Shown here: positions 23,377 through 32,944 of the stretch, piece by piece
Layout of the letters: each line of letters starts with the position of its first letter
Numbering within the stretch: position 1 is the first letter of the stretch
Source: an uncultured bacterium
Lineage (GTDB): Bacteria; UBA8481
NCBI GenBank assembly: GCA_964499705.1
Contig: CAZCME010000011.1
Location: 62,001-126,000 of the forward strand
Length of the DNA stretch: 64,000 bases
Direction of reading: 5' to 3'
The notes under the pieces: model-generated
Told to the model about the DNA's origin: nothing
What the model saw: the letters and a program-made list of their open reading frames with translations, nothing else
Database searches by the model: none
Position numbers and translations under genes: made by a program

Positions 23377-24863
23377 AATCCGCCGGCGATCTTCGCGATC
23401 TGTGGGATATCGTCCACGCCGCCGCATTCTCGCTCAGGTTCGGTCCGGAATTGGTCTCGCGCATCCGGCTGACCACGGAGGATAACGGAAGCATCGCATA
23501 CTGGTGCTCAGTGCAGGAACCAGGTGGAGCACAAAGGGCGGGTGCTCCGAGGAGCGACTATCGCATATGCATCAACGCTCCCTTTCTGCACCGCGCCCTG
23601 AATGATTCGCGACCGGATTCGAGATTTTCCTCCGGAAAGGATCGTTGCCGAGCTGTTGTCGAATATCTTTTGGTGCATGAAGCCGGTCATCAGGCGCTCA
23701 GCGCGAAAATGGTCGGTTCCCATCGACTTGCCGCCAATGCCGATGCCACGAGAAGGGCGATCGTCAATCTGGTTGAAGATGCTGCGATCGACCGACTATT
23801 TGTGCACGCGGCACGGAATTCCAATTCGGAACTGGATCAGCGCATCCGGGCTGGAATGAGCGTGTCGAACGAGACCGCATTCTCAAGCAGGCCGGACAAA
23901 GGAATAAGCAATCCCGCCATCTTCGCTTGCGGGGAAGAGTGGGCGGAGAAAGCGGCGCCGGATTCGCGGCTGCATCGTAGGATGTGGGAGCCGCTGCCGG
24001 GCGGAATGTCGATACCGGAAATGTGCGTAGGGCTTAGACCCTGGAAAAAATACATACGCATTCTGCCGGCCCCGGTTCTGGCAGAGTGGGTGCGACCGGA
24101 TGGAACGGGCGAGACCATGAGAGCGTGGGAGAGGCAGTTCGTAGAGGGTATTCCGGGCGTGCCGATCCGGATTCCCGACGAACTGCGAAAGCGCCTATTT
24201 GGCTCTGCGGATCTCCGCGAGCATTTTTGCATCCGACCGGGACCGGACGAAGCGATCTTCGCGCGAATTGCTGAGGAACTGGCTGATCTTTTCGAGCCGG
24301 AGAAGATGACAAAAAGCAGTCCCGCCGTGACGAACCCGACGCGATCCGCGCTGACCCGGATCGCGCTCGGAATTCCCGCCGCGAGTTACAGTAACCATTC
24401 ACGAGGGCCGGCGAAACGTCCAACCGTGCTGATCGATACGAGCGGCTCCATGGTAGCCGGGGCATGGCTCAGTCGTATTGTGCGGTTGTCGCTTCATCTC
24501 GGCCCCCGATTCTTCCCGAGCGAGCTGTACCTACACGAGAGCGGACCCCCGCGACGGACGAGACTGGAAGCTGTCTGCGCCGGCCAATTGTCGGGCGGTG
24601 GCGGAACGTCGTTCGATGCCTATGGGCAACTGCTGAAAGATGGCGTGATCGATCATCGCTCCTCGATTCTGCATATCACGGACGGATGCGGATCGCTGTC
24701 CGAAGAAACCATTCGGGACGTGAACGCCGCAGGTCTGCGAATCCTGGTGCTCCTTGCCGGAGACGATGCATGCGCCAGCGAGGAACCGCTCGATCAATTT
24801 CGGCCGCGGCCGAGGTTCATCCGATGGAATCCGGAAGCTGAAAGCAGGAACGTCGATGAGTGA
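23373..24863 (+). CDS. HExxH metallopeptidase-like + vWA domain protein (DUF2201-like)
   Basis: LVHEAGH, NLVEDAAID; MIDAS IDTSGSM, GGGGTSF, ITDG. Confidence 0.75.
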   Translation: MKSAGDLRDLWDIVHAAAFSLRFGPELVSRIRLTTEDNGSIAYWCSVQEPGGAQRAGAPRSDYRICINAPFLHRALNDSRPDSRFSSGKDRCRAVVEYLLVHEAGHQALSAKMVGSHRLAANADATRRAIVNLVEDAAIDRLFVHAARNSNSELDQRIRAGMSVSNETAFSSRPDKGISNPAIFACGEEWAEKAAPDSRLHRRMWEPLPGGMSIPEMCVGLRPWKKYIRILPAPVLAEWVRPDGTGETMRAWERQFVEGIPGVPIRIPDELRKRLFGSADLREHFCIRPGPDEAIFARIAEELADLFEPEKMTKSSPAVTNPTRSALTRIALGIPAASYSNHSRGPAKRPTVLIDTSGSMVAGAWLSRIVRLSLHLGPRFFPSELYLHESGPPRRTRLEAVCAGQLSGGGGTSFDAYGQLLKDGVIDHRSSILHITDGCGSLSEETIRDVNAAGLRILVLLAGDDACASEEPLDQFRPRPRFIRWNPEAESRNVDE

Positions 24864-25260
24864 TCGAGAGCGGAAGCGATTTCTGCGCTTTTCCCGAAGG
24901 GATCGCGAGTCGTGCAATTGGCTCATCTCTTTTTTTCTACCGATCGAGGCGTTCGTCCCTCTCTCGATTTCTGGAGTGGAGGCCGTAAGAGCGAAGATGG
25001 AGTGGAAGTATGGATCGCTCGAGGGGCTGAACGCGCACATCGTCGAGACTGGCGTGTACAGGCACGTTGTTCGGATCGCCGAGATCGATGTCTACCACAT
25101 TCGCTTCTGGCGCTGGCTCGCATCTGCACCTCAGGAGGAAGCCGAAAATCTATGCCGGAAACATCTGCCGGCACCGTTGGACCCGCCGTCGGCTTTAAAC
25201 CCCGCGATGATTTCTCATACCCAAGTGGAAAGCCATCAATCCAGAAGATCGAGAGCGTAG
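24856..25260 (+). CDS. hypothetical protein
   Basis: start overlaps vWA stop. Confidence 0.45.
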   Translation: MSDRERKRFLRFSRRDRESCNWLISFFLPIEAFVPLSISGVEAVRAKMEWKYGSLEGLNAHIVETGVYRHVVRIAEIDVYHIRFWRWLASAPQEEAENLCRKHLPAPLDPPSALNPAMISHTQVESHQSRRSRA

Positions 25261-25297
25261 GCATAGCAAATATCAATCGAAGGGGGATCCGGTTCTC

Positions 25298-25960
25298 ATG
25301 AGCGACACTGGCCATCGAAAATCTGATTTGCACGTCACGACGATGTGTTCGAATGCTCCGCACGAACAGAGCACGCTCTCGCGCAGAAGATTTTCCGCAG
25401 GACTCGCAGCCTCTGCCGCATGGGCTATCCTTCGACCGCTGACCGCTCTCGCTGTTGTCGGCGAGGCGCCCGTACTTCAGTGCCTCCCAATAAACCTGCT
25501 TGCTGTAGATCACACGGCGCGGCGGCTCGTAGGGCTCTGGTATCATTCGCTGCTCGAAGCGCCGGCAGTCATGATCAAGGCGTCCGACGATGATTTTGAA
25601 CCGGTGCTCGCCCAGGTCCGCCGATCATGTGAGACCTTTTGCATTCTTGAGGCGACAGACGGCGGGATTGATTCGTGTGAGCGGCATCTACGTGCGACAG
25701 GCGAGCCCGAAATCTTAACCGAGCTCACCATCGATGGCTTGGCCGAATTTCTCGGCAGTGAACTGGCCTTAGGCCTGATTCCGAGCAACCATTTTGTAAC
25801 GGTGGCCTCGGCATTCGCGCTTCACCAGAAGCGCCTGATCGCAGACGAGATTCATCCGAATTCGTTCGTCTTCGTCGATCCGATTCGGGCGGGAGGTCGC
25901 TACGTCGGCGAGTGGGTGGGGTTTACAACGGATATTGCGACTACGAGCGAAGAGGCTTGA
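25298..25960 (+). CDS. hypothetical protein with twin-arginine-like signal
   Basis: LSRRRFSAGLAASAAWAILRPLTALA. Confidence 0.5.
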   Translation: MSDTGHRKSDLHVTTMCSNAPHEQSTLSRRRFSAGLAASAAWAILRPLTALAVVGEAPVLQCLPINLLAVDHTARRLVGLWYHSLLEAPAVMIKASDDDFEPVLAQVRRSCETFCILEATDGGIDSCERHLRATGEPEILTELTIDGLAEFLGSELALGLIPSNHFVTVASAFALHQKRLIADEIHPNSFVFVDPIRAGGRYVGEWVGFTTDIATTSEEA

Positions 25961-26055
25961 ACGTCTCGCTCTCATCTTGGATGCCGATGAATGCACCTAT
26001 CCGATCTTGCATCGTACGCCAAATGCGCTGAGTGTGGATTCGAGGAGCTATCGTT

Positions 26056-26295
26056 TCAAAATCGGTCATGATCTCGCGACTCTGATTCGCGCGGTCCTGC
26101 GGGCAATGCTTCCTCGATCGAACTCATCGCTCGCCAGGTGGCTTGCAGCGCCTCGTCCACGCGGCGTTCGATGTTGAGCGCTTCCTCGTCTGATGGGTAG
26201 CGAATATCGCCGGCGAGGTCGTTGGCAGGCTTGAGAAGTCGCTCGATGCATTGAAGCAACCGGTGGAGCCGTGAGAGATGCGGTGCGATGGTCAT
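26056..26295 (-). CDS. small hypothetical protein
   Basis: ATGA overlap with ADP-ribosylglycohydrolase stop. Confidence 0.45.
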   Translation of the reverse strand: MTIAPHLSRLHRLLQCIERLLKPANDLAGDIRYPSDEEALNIERRVDEALQATWRAMSSIEEALPAGPRESESRDHDRF

Positions 26296-27296
26296 TTTTG
26301 CTGGCGACTCCAGACTTCGGTCAGGCCAGTGGCGAGTGTCTCGATGTAATCGGCCTTCCAGCGGCGCTTGTCATGGATCAGCGGAATGTACTGCGAGAGT
26401 GCGGATGGGATTCCGTTGCGGGCGCACGACAGCGAGAGGATCATGGAGGCGTGACTGTCGAGGTCTCCTCCACCGCAGAAGAGTAGCCGCAGGGCCTTGC
26501 ACGGATCGTAGGGATGCTCACTGCAACAATAGAGTGCCCAGCCGACAGAAGTCGGGGTGAAGCCGCTGATGCCGAGAATATCTACAGGATCGGCCTGCTT
26601 TGGCAGCTGGTATCCCTGCGTTACGATTTCGCTCATGACGGTTTCGGGGTGTTGGTGCAGAAGCCCTGGAATTGCCTCGAGAACGGCACTCATCGTGCGA
26701 TCAATCCGCCGGATTTCTGGAAGAATTATCGCGATGGCATCGATTGGACTCTTCCGCGCCGTGACGTATTCTCGGGTAAAGAGCGCGATCGCAACTGCTC
26801 CGGCGACGGCTCGACGATCGGAATGGGTCAGGCGCGCGAGCGCGGCGGCATCCTTCGCGACACTTTCGCGATCCCGATGCCATAACCCGGTCAACCCAAC
26901 TCGCATGGCCGCCCCGTTTCCGGCCATGCCATCCGGCGCAGCGCATGCGTCGCGCGGCGACTTCTCGATAAAGCGCTTGAATGCGTAACGACTTGCATGC
27001 CCGGCGCCAACGAGATGATTTTTCTCCCATTCCCTGCTCATACGGCGCATCACATCGTCGAGATCGATCGCCGCATTCTCGCAGATCGATTCCGCGAGGA
27101 CGAGCGTAAGTTGAGTGTCGTCGGATACCTGGCCTTTGACTCCATGCCGAACTCTTTGCAACATGTTCAGACCCCGGACGATCTTCTCGCCGAGCGGGGC
27201 GCAAAACGCTCTGGTGCGGCCTTCGAATGGGAGACCAATGGCATCGCCGAGTGCGCACCCAAGCAGGTAATCCCGAAATGGAGGAGGCATCGTCAA
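26292..27296 (-). CDS. ADP-ribosylglycohydrolase (DraG/ARH family)
   Basis: GCALGDAIGLPFEG, SDDTQLT, GNGAAMR, LTHSD, GGDLDS. Confidence 0.9.
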   Translation of the reverse strand: MTMPPPFRDYLLGCALGDAIGLPFEGRTRAFCAPLGEKIVRGLNMLQRVRHGVKGQVSDDTQLTLVLAESICENAAIDLDDVMRRMSREWEKNHLVGAGHASRYAFKRFIEKSPRDACAAPDGMAGNGAAMRVGLTGLWHRDRESVAKDAAALARLTHSDRRAVAGAVAIALFTREYVTARKSPIDAIAIILPEIRRIDRTMSAVLEAIPGLLHQHPETVMSEIVTQGYQLPKQADPVDILGISGFTPTSVGWALYCCSEHPYDPCKALRLLFCGGGDLDSHASMILSLSCARNGIPSALSQYIPLIHDKRRWKADYIETLATGLTEVWSRQQK

Positions 27297-27426
27297 GCAG
27301 GAATCATGACAACAAGGTTCTCATGCGCATCCGGCGCGAGCATAATTCGATGGTTGAAAAAGCGCTTCAGCATTCGTTCAATACGCCTGCAGAGAAGTAA
27401 AAGCTCCCTTTGCTCATCAGCCTCCC

Positions 27427-27690
27427 TCATTGTCGGAGTCCACCGGAACGCTTCTTGAAGAGTTCGTTCAGGAGGGAGATCAGTGAATAGCGGCTTTCAA
27501 AAAGGGTCTTCAGGCTTTCATCCGCGATTCGCTTCACAGCGGCGGCGGACTCACTGTTGGTTGCCTCGAGGTGACTTGCGGCGATTTCTATGGCGATCCA
27601 ATTTTGAACCTGTGTTTCGTAATCAGGTACGTACTTTCGCTCGTCTTCCGGCGTGAAGAAGCGCGTATGCATTTTATCACTCAATGTCAC
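27427..27690 (-). CDS. small hypothetical protein
   Basis: GTGA overlap with GNAT stop, RBS gaggag. Confidence 0.55.
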   Translation of the reverse strand: MTLSDKMHTRFFTPEDERKYVPDYETQVQNWIAIEIAASHLEATNSESAAAVKRIADESLKTLFESRYSLISLLNELFKKRSGGLRQ

Positions 27691-28334
27691 GCCAGTTTCT
27701 CCTCACGAGACTGAGGTGATCGCTCGCCCATGCCATCTAGTGGGTTGGGTAACCGGACTGAGTCCTCGGATGGTCTGATCAGATAGTTGTTGAAGCGCTT
27801 CACCACAAATTCATCGGGTAAGTCAGCGCGATAAATGTTCTCGATTCTCTCAACCCTCTTGCCGCCGAGACGCTCTAGCGTTCTGCAGGAGGCAATATTT
27901 TCAACTTCCGCTCGAACCCACACCTCGCTGATTCCGCACGCGGTGAATAACGGCCAGATCATCCTGCAAGCGCGGCCGGCGAATCCATGACTGCGGTGCT
28001 CTTCTTCGACTCCGTATCCGACGTGCCCGAAGAAACATTTTCTTGCCTCGTCGGATGGCCTCAGACGCGCGGCGACGCTGCCGATGACGTCCGAATGACC
28101 GTCGCGATGGAGCGCATATTCGACGATCGGATAAGGGAATTCGATCTCGCCCGGCCGGTAAATTCGCGAAACGTGGATCGTCAGCTCGCCGTCCCGCTTC
28201 CAGCCGCGAAGGGCTTTCAGAATCGGCTCCGGCGCGCGATCGGGAAACCAGCCCGGCACGTCCGATATTTTCGAGCCGAGGCATGCCTGGTCGCTGTATT
28301 GATGATCGAGCGGTCCGCATTCATGCGCGCTCAA
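27687..28334 (-). CDS. GNAT family acetyltransferase
   Basis: GHVGYGVEEEHRSHGFAGRAC, ENIASCRTLERLGG. Confidence 0.85.
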   Translation of the reverse strand: MSAHECGPLDHQYSDQACLGSKISDVPGWFPDRAPEPILKALRGWKRDGELTIHVSRIYRPGEIEFPYPIVEYALHRDGHSDVIGSVAARLRPSDEARKCFFGHVGYGVEEEHRSHGFAGRACRMIWPLFTACGISEVWVRAEVENIASCRTLERLGGKRVERIENIYRADLPDEFVVKRFNNYLIRPSEDSVRLPNPLDGMGERSPQSREEKLA

Positions 28335-28816
28335 TGGATTGTGCCCGCTGCGGGAGCAGACTCCAGATCGCGCTTTGAAAATAGTGCGGTCACTGAGTCA
28401 TCGGATTGCTCGCTACCACGGGGATTTTTGAAGCCATTGAACATCTGTTTACGAATGGTCTGCGCGATGTCCAGAAACTGATCGAGGATCCAGCGGAGAT
28501 GCTCGTCTGTTCCGGTCCAGTTGAGCTTTGCCTTGAGCGTAAGGTTCCGGCGCGCAACCGCGAGTTCGTATCCCGGTGGAAGCAGGCTCACGGAGATCGA
28601 GAATGACATGTGGGCACCTGGATTCAATGTGGGGCCGGCGAAGACAAAACTCGCGCAGATCGCGATCTCGTCTGAATTGCCGTGACCCGCAATAACGTGG
28701 AAACAGGAGTTGTCGCGGGTACGCATGATGCTGAGGGCTCCCGTGGGAACGACGGCAACGCTGAGACCGATGCGCTTCAAGGCGAGAATCAATGGCGAAA
28801 CATGAGGACTATTCAT
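28331..28816 (-). CDS. hypothetical protein
   Basis: MNSPHVSP... overlaps both neighbours. Confidence 0.5.
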   Translation of the reverse strand: MNSPHVSPLILALKRIGLSVAVVPTGALSIMRTRDNSCFHVIAGHGNSDEIAICASFVFAGPTLNPGAHMSFSISVSLLPPGYELAVARRNLTLKAKLNWTGTDEHLRWILDQFLDIAQTIRKQMFNGFKNPRGSEQSDDSVTALFSKRDLESAPAAGTIH

Positions 28817-29492
28817 GGTCAATCGGTAGCCCGCGACTATCGGCTGACGTGGTCGTGCGCGTCTCCATTTCAAGCAGTGGAAATCCTTGTGGTAAATCCG
28901 GATATTCATTTGAGAACAGAATGACCGTGAATTTGATCGTCTCATTCGCTCCTCTGATTTCCAGAGATGACGGCAATTCGCCGACTGCGAGCGTGTCGTT
29001 GCCGCGGATACTGGCGGAGATAATCGGTTGAGGGGTGATTTCGTGAGCCATAGCGACAGCCTCAAAGCCGGTCGGTGAATCCACTTTGCCGGAGCGCGCA
29101 AAAGGCTGTCTGGCGCGGCCTTTACGGGAAAGATGGACAAGAAAGGGAATGCCCGGCACGCTCGCCAGCTTCTTGCGGGGCGCACCGGCAACGTAAAGGT
29201 CGTGTACGGCGGGACGAAACCCACGGGAGATGATCAGCGTCCGCGATGCGTCATCAGCGAGCTGAAGACTTACGTGTGCTTCGAGGAAAAACGCTCGATC
29301 AGTTTTGGTGTCCCGGAGGCCATAGAGGGTGATGCCGATGAGATCTGTGTCGCTGATGTCAGTTTTGGATGAGAAGATCCGGGACATTCCTACGCCAGAT
29401 CGATCCCAGCGATAACAATCCCACCAGTGCGTACGGACCAGGCCGTGTCGGACCTTGGATGGATGAGAAGTAAGGAGATTTCTTTCGGCCAT
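28809..29492 (-). CDS. hypothetical protein
   Basis: first gene of minus-strand operon; ATG 29492 just downstream of a sigma54 motif. Confidence 0.5.
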   Translation of the reverse strand: MAERNLLTSHPSKVRHGLVRTHWWDCYRWDRSGVGMSRIFSSKTDISDTDLIGITLYGLRDTKTDRAFFLEAHVSLQLADDASRTLIISRGFRPAVHDLYVAGAPRKKLASVPGIPFLVHLSRKGRARQPFARSGKVDSPTGFEAVAMAHEITPQPIISASIRGNDTLAVGELPSSLEIRGANETIKFTVILFSNEYPDLPQGFPLLEMETRTTTSADSRGLPIDHE

Positions 29493-29506
29493 GCGGATGC
29501 ATATCA

Positions 29507-29521
29507 GCAGGAGCCGTGCCA
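29507..29521 (-). promoter_or_regulatory. sigma54 (-24/-12) promoter
   Basis: minus strand TGGCACG-GCTC-CTGC. Confidence 0.7.
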
Positions 29522-29869
29522 ACGAAACTGAGAGGTCGGAACTGGTGATGGGTGCTGGACAAATGCTGGGATCAAGCGTGTTAGGCGCGCTTTCGTCCGC
29601 CGTACGTTGCCTGCATGATGCGCCGGAAGAGCCGCAGGTTGCCGCCATCAATTGAAATTCCTGCATTTTTCCGCGCATTCAGGCGCTCTGTGCGAATACC
29701 CGGTGGAGATCATGGTCCCGGATTGAGTAGCAGGCGGCGAGCCTGCGAATAATGGCGAAGCGTCACCGAGTGGTGAAACAGCCACGGCATTTCCTCTCGA
29801 TTTCCTTGTCTTCTCAATGAAATCTGCCATGAATCTCCACAGGCAGTGTGCGTCATCACGAGTTCGGCA

Positions 29870-29884
29870 TGGCCCTTAATTTGC
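29870..29884 (+). promoter_or_regulatory. sigma54 (-24/-12) promoter
   Basis: TGGCCCT-TAAT-TTGC; equivalent position to the motif before the paralogous cassette. Confidence 0.65.
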
Positions 29885-29899
29885 TGGATATTATGCGTG

Positions 29900-32059
29900 A
29901 TGATTCCTGCGGAAAATACCTCAGAGACTCCAGCGAGCGACCACTCGGCGCGTGCGCCGTTCCCCCCCACTCGATTGAGCGATGCTGAATATGCGGTCGT
30001 TAACTCTGCGGCTCACACGGAACTGGAACTCGTGAACAGCACTATCTGTTCCGGCTCCGGTCGGTACGGTGGTGTGTTGGGTGCGAGTTTCCGAAAGTCG
30101 GCTGAATTCTTCTCGGAGTCGCGACGGTTCGCAAGGTTTCTCACCGCGCATGATTCGCGTATTCGGATCGAGGAGCCCGGCTGTATCGAGTTCGACCAGA
30201 CGACCAATCGTCCGCGGTTCGTGGTCGGCGCTCCAGGGCAGACATTTGTGCGTTCCTTTCAGGTGCCGGAGAGCGATTGCTTTTGCGTCTGGGTTCGCGA
30301 ATTCGCGGCGCCGCTCGTGATCGTCGTAATATTGCGGACACGCGACACGAAACCGGAAATCGCCCCGCGCCGTTTTCGCCGGCTCTTCGCGACCAGTTTC
30401 GTCTGTCGAGAGTATTCTTTGCGCGCCGCACTGGCTGAAGAGATTGTGAAAGGCGTCTTCGATGAGCCGTCTGCTCCCGCCTTCAAGTTTCTTCGCGCCT
30501 ATGCGTCGCGGCGCGCGAAGTCGGCTGTCTGGAGCGAGGAAGACGAATCGGAGCAAGGCGCGGATGAAATAAGAACGGCTTCCGATCGACGATCCTTCCC
30601 GCCGAGCTTTGCGGCGCAGGCGATACGAACAAAGGTGATGGCCTCGGTCAGGCGCACTCTCCAGAACATTCTGCTGGCGGCGTTTATCGAGCAAAGGACG
30701 TTCCAGACGGAGAGTCATCGACAATATTTCAGGAATCATCAAAGATGGATGTTTCGCTCGCTGGCGCCGGACACGAGGCGGCGCCGTGGGAGGCTGCGAG
30801 GCGGCGGACAAGCGATGTATCGATCACTCTACGCGCTGCTCTCGCCCTATCTCGCCAACTTCTGGCGACGCATGGTCGATCGCGCCGGCTTCGATCCTGC
30901 ATTCGCGTATCTCATCGAGTCTCCTCATCATGTGGCGTGGATCTTCGCAAAAACCGCTGGGCGCTTTCCGGGATATTACGCTGCGCTTCGACGCCGGCTT
31001 TCAGGCACCAGCATGATGATGGCGCAGATGGCCTTGAAGGTAATAGTAGCCGCCAGAATCGAAACGGGACTCTTTGCCGATGCTGTGTATCATCGCGCTG
31101 ATGGGACACCGGTGTATCTATGTAACAAGCTCGCGGAGATCCGGACCACGAGCAATCCGAAGGATATCCGAGGCGTTCTCCGGATCATTTCGCTTCCGGC
31201 GGATCATGTCTATTCGATCGCATTCCAACTCAAGTTCCATGATGAGAATCTGAGGGAGCAGATTCCCCAGATGAACCGTTGGAGGGATGATGAGAAGTCG
31301 ATCCGCGCCGCGGCGCGCGAGTTCCGAAATATCACGGGGAGTCGTAAGCGGCAGCATATTTGCCATGACATGCTCGTCTACATCGCGGATACAATGCGGA
31401 TGAACATCCCCCCGGACGAGCTGGAAAAAGTCCGGAATGCCTCAAATCTTGCTGTCGCGCTGCGGGAAGCGCGTCGGATTCACGAGATGGTTGACGCGCA
31501 GCGAAGGGGATCCGAACTGGCGCTGGCGCATGGGGAAACGGCAACGATGCCGATTCCGACGCTTCGAGGCCTGAAGGATCTCGAGCTCTTCCGATTAACC
31601 ACCGTCGCCGCCGTTCGGGATGCCGGAGCGGAAATGTCCCACTGTATCGCGACATATGCGAAGAATGCGCTCGCAATTGCGGATCCGCCCTGCTGGTTGC
31701 TTCGCGACGGTTCGGTCTGTTGCCAGGTTACTATTACATTGCTCGACGATGGCGTAGCAGTGCCGAGTGTCCGTCAGTGCTATGATTCTTCGAATCGCGT
31801 GACAGCGGCAAGCCGCAGATTCGCGATGTTCGTCCAGAGTCGTCTGAGGGTCGCGAGGAGGCAACCCGGCTTCAACAATTCGATCAAGGAAGTTATCGCG
31901 GCGCAAAAGCGCCAGGTCGCGGCGCTTGCGAAAAACTGGGCGTGCTCGGGTGCGAACGATGTCATGTCGATGGCGGACGTCGAGGCCCTCGCGAAGAAGT
32001 GGGCCATCTCGGGCGCGAACGTTGTCATGCCGATGGAGGACGACGATGTCGGATTCTAA
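29900..32059 (+). CDS. large protein with C-terminal PcfJ-like domain (copy 1)
   Basis: FRLTTVAAVRDAGAEMSHCIATY resembles PcfJ G-xx-M-x-HC[VI]-xx-Y; start chosen by N-terminal colinearity with copy 2. Confidence 0.6.
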   Translation: MIPAENTSETPASDHSARAPFPPTRLSDAEYAVVNSAAHTELELVNSTICSGSGRYGGVLGASFRKSAEFFSESRRFARFLTAHDSRIRIEEPGCIEFDQTTNRPRFVVGAPGQTFVRSFQVPESDCFCVWVREFAAPLVIVVILRTRDTKPEIAPRRFRRLFATSFVCREYSLRAALAEEIVKGVFDEPSAPAFKFLRAYASRRAKSAVWSEEDESEQGADEIRTASDRRSFPPSFAAQAIRTKVMASVRRTLQNILLAAFIEQRTFQTESHRQYFRNHQRWMFRSLAPDTRRRRGRLRGGGQAMYRSLYALLSPYLANFWRRMVDRAGFDPAFAYLIESPHHVAWIFAKTAGRFPGYYAALRRRLSGTSMMMAQMALKVIVAARIETGLFADAVYHRADGTPVYLCNKLAEIRTTSNPKDIRGVLRIISLPADHVYSIAFQLKFHDENLREQIPQMNRWRDDEKSIRAAAREFRNITGSRKRQHICHDMLVYIADTMRMNIPPDELEKVRNASNLAVALREARRIHEMVDAQRRGSELALAHGETATMPIPTLRGLKDLELFRLTTVAAVRDAGAEMSHCIATYAKNALAIADPPCWLLRDGSVCCQVTITLLDDGVAVPSVRQCYDSSNRVTAASRRFAMFVQSRLRVARRQPGFNNSIKEVIAAQKRQVAALAKNWACSGANDVMSMADVEALAKKWAISGANVVMPMEDDDVGF
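31921..32046 (+). repeat. 63-nt in-frame tandem duplication
   Basis: ALAKNWACSGANDVMSMADVE / ALAKKWAISGANVVMPMEDDD. Confidence 0.8.
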
Positions 32060-32065
32060 TTTTTC

Positions 32066-32944
32066 GTGAACCTCCACGAGCAATTGAGAATCGCATACAC
32101 CAGCGACACTCATGGCAATACGGCGCAATATGCGCAGTTTCTGGAACTGGCCTCCGCGTACCAACCCGACCTCATCATTCTCGGCGGCGATCTGCTTCCG
32201 TGGAAGCGTCGGCACGTGAATCCGGCCATTGTGGATCAACGAGAGTATTTGGTCGATACTCTTGTCCCTATGCTTGCGGCGCATCGACGCACGACGGGTG
32301 CGGACATAGCTCTTCTCATGGGTAATGACGATGTCCGAGTTCATGAGGAGCAATTCGAAGAGCTCTGCGCGAGCGCGCGTCTTCTTACGCTGCAAGAGCG
32401 ATCTCATAGCGTCAGAGGGTGGCAGATTTTCGGTAACTCATGCTGTACGTGGACGCCTTTCAGGCTCAAAGATCACGAATGCTACGACTTGCACTGTGAT
32501 GAGAAGCTTCGCCCCGACTCTTTCGATTATCGCGATCCGGACGCTTTTCTGACAAAGGACCGCAGCGACTGGTATCGGACCCTGGCGATGCGGCTGGAAG
32601 AAATGGCCGGTCAGATTCGTGACTGGTCCCGCGCAATCGCGGTAATCTACCAGCCGCCATTCGGAGGCATACTGGATCGAATGGCCGGGAATCAGTTTGT
32701 GGGAAGCCATGCAGTAAGGAGGTTCCTCAAAAGATACGGTCCTCGTCTGTCAACGCATGGACACATACACGAATCGCCGAGCTATAGCGGCTGCTATTGG
32801 ACGAAAATCGGAAATACAATCTCGATCCAACCAGGGCAGGAAGAAGTCAGATTGCACGCAGTGACGCTGGATACCGCCGACATCAAGGGGACGCTTCGCC
32901 ACACTGTGTTCGGGTCCGCGAGCGAAGAGAAAAATGCTCGCTGA
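32066..32944 (+). CDS. calcineurin-like metallophosphoesterase, Icc-related (copy 1)
   Basis: SDTHG, GGDL, MGNDD, HGHIHE. Confidence 0.85.
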   Translation: MNLHEQLRIAYTSDTHGNTAQYAQFLELASAYQPDLIILGGDLLPWKRRHVNPAIVDQREYLVDTLVPMLAAHRRTTGADIALLMGNDDVRVHEEQFEELCASARLLTLQERSHSVRGWQIFGNSCCTWTPFRLKDHECYDLHCDEKLRPDSFDYRDPDAFLTKDRSDWYRTLAMRLEEMAGQIRDWSRAIAVIYQPPFGGILDRMAGNQFVGSHAVRRFLKRYGPRLSTHGHIHESPSYSGCYWTKIGNTISIQPGQEEVRLHAVTLDTADIKGTLRHTVFGSASEEKNAR

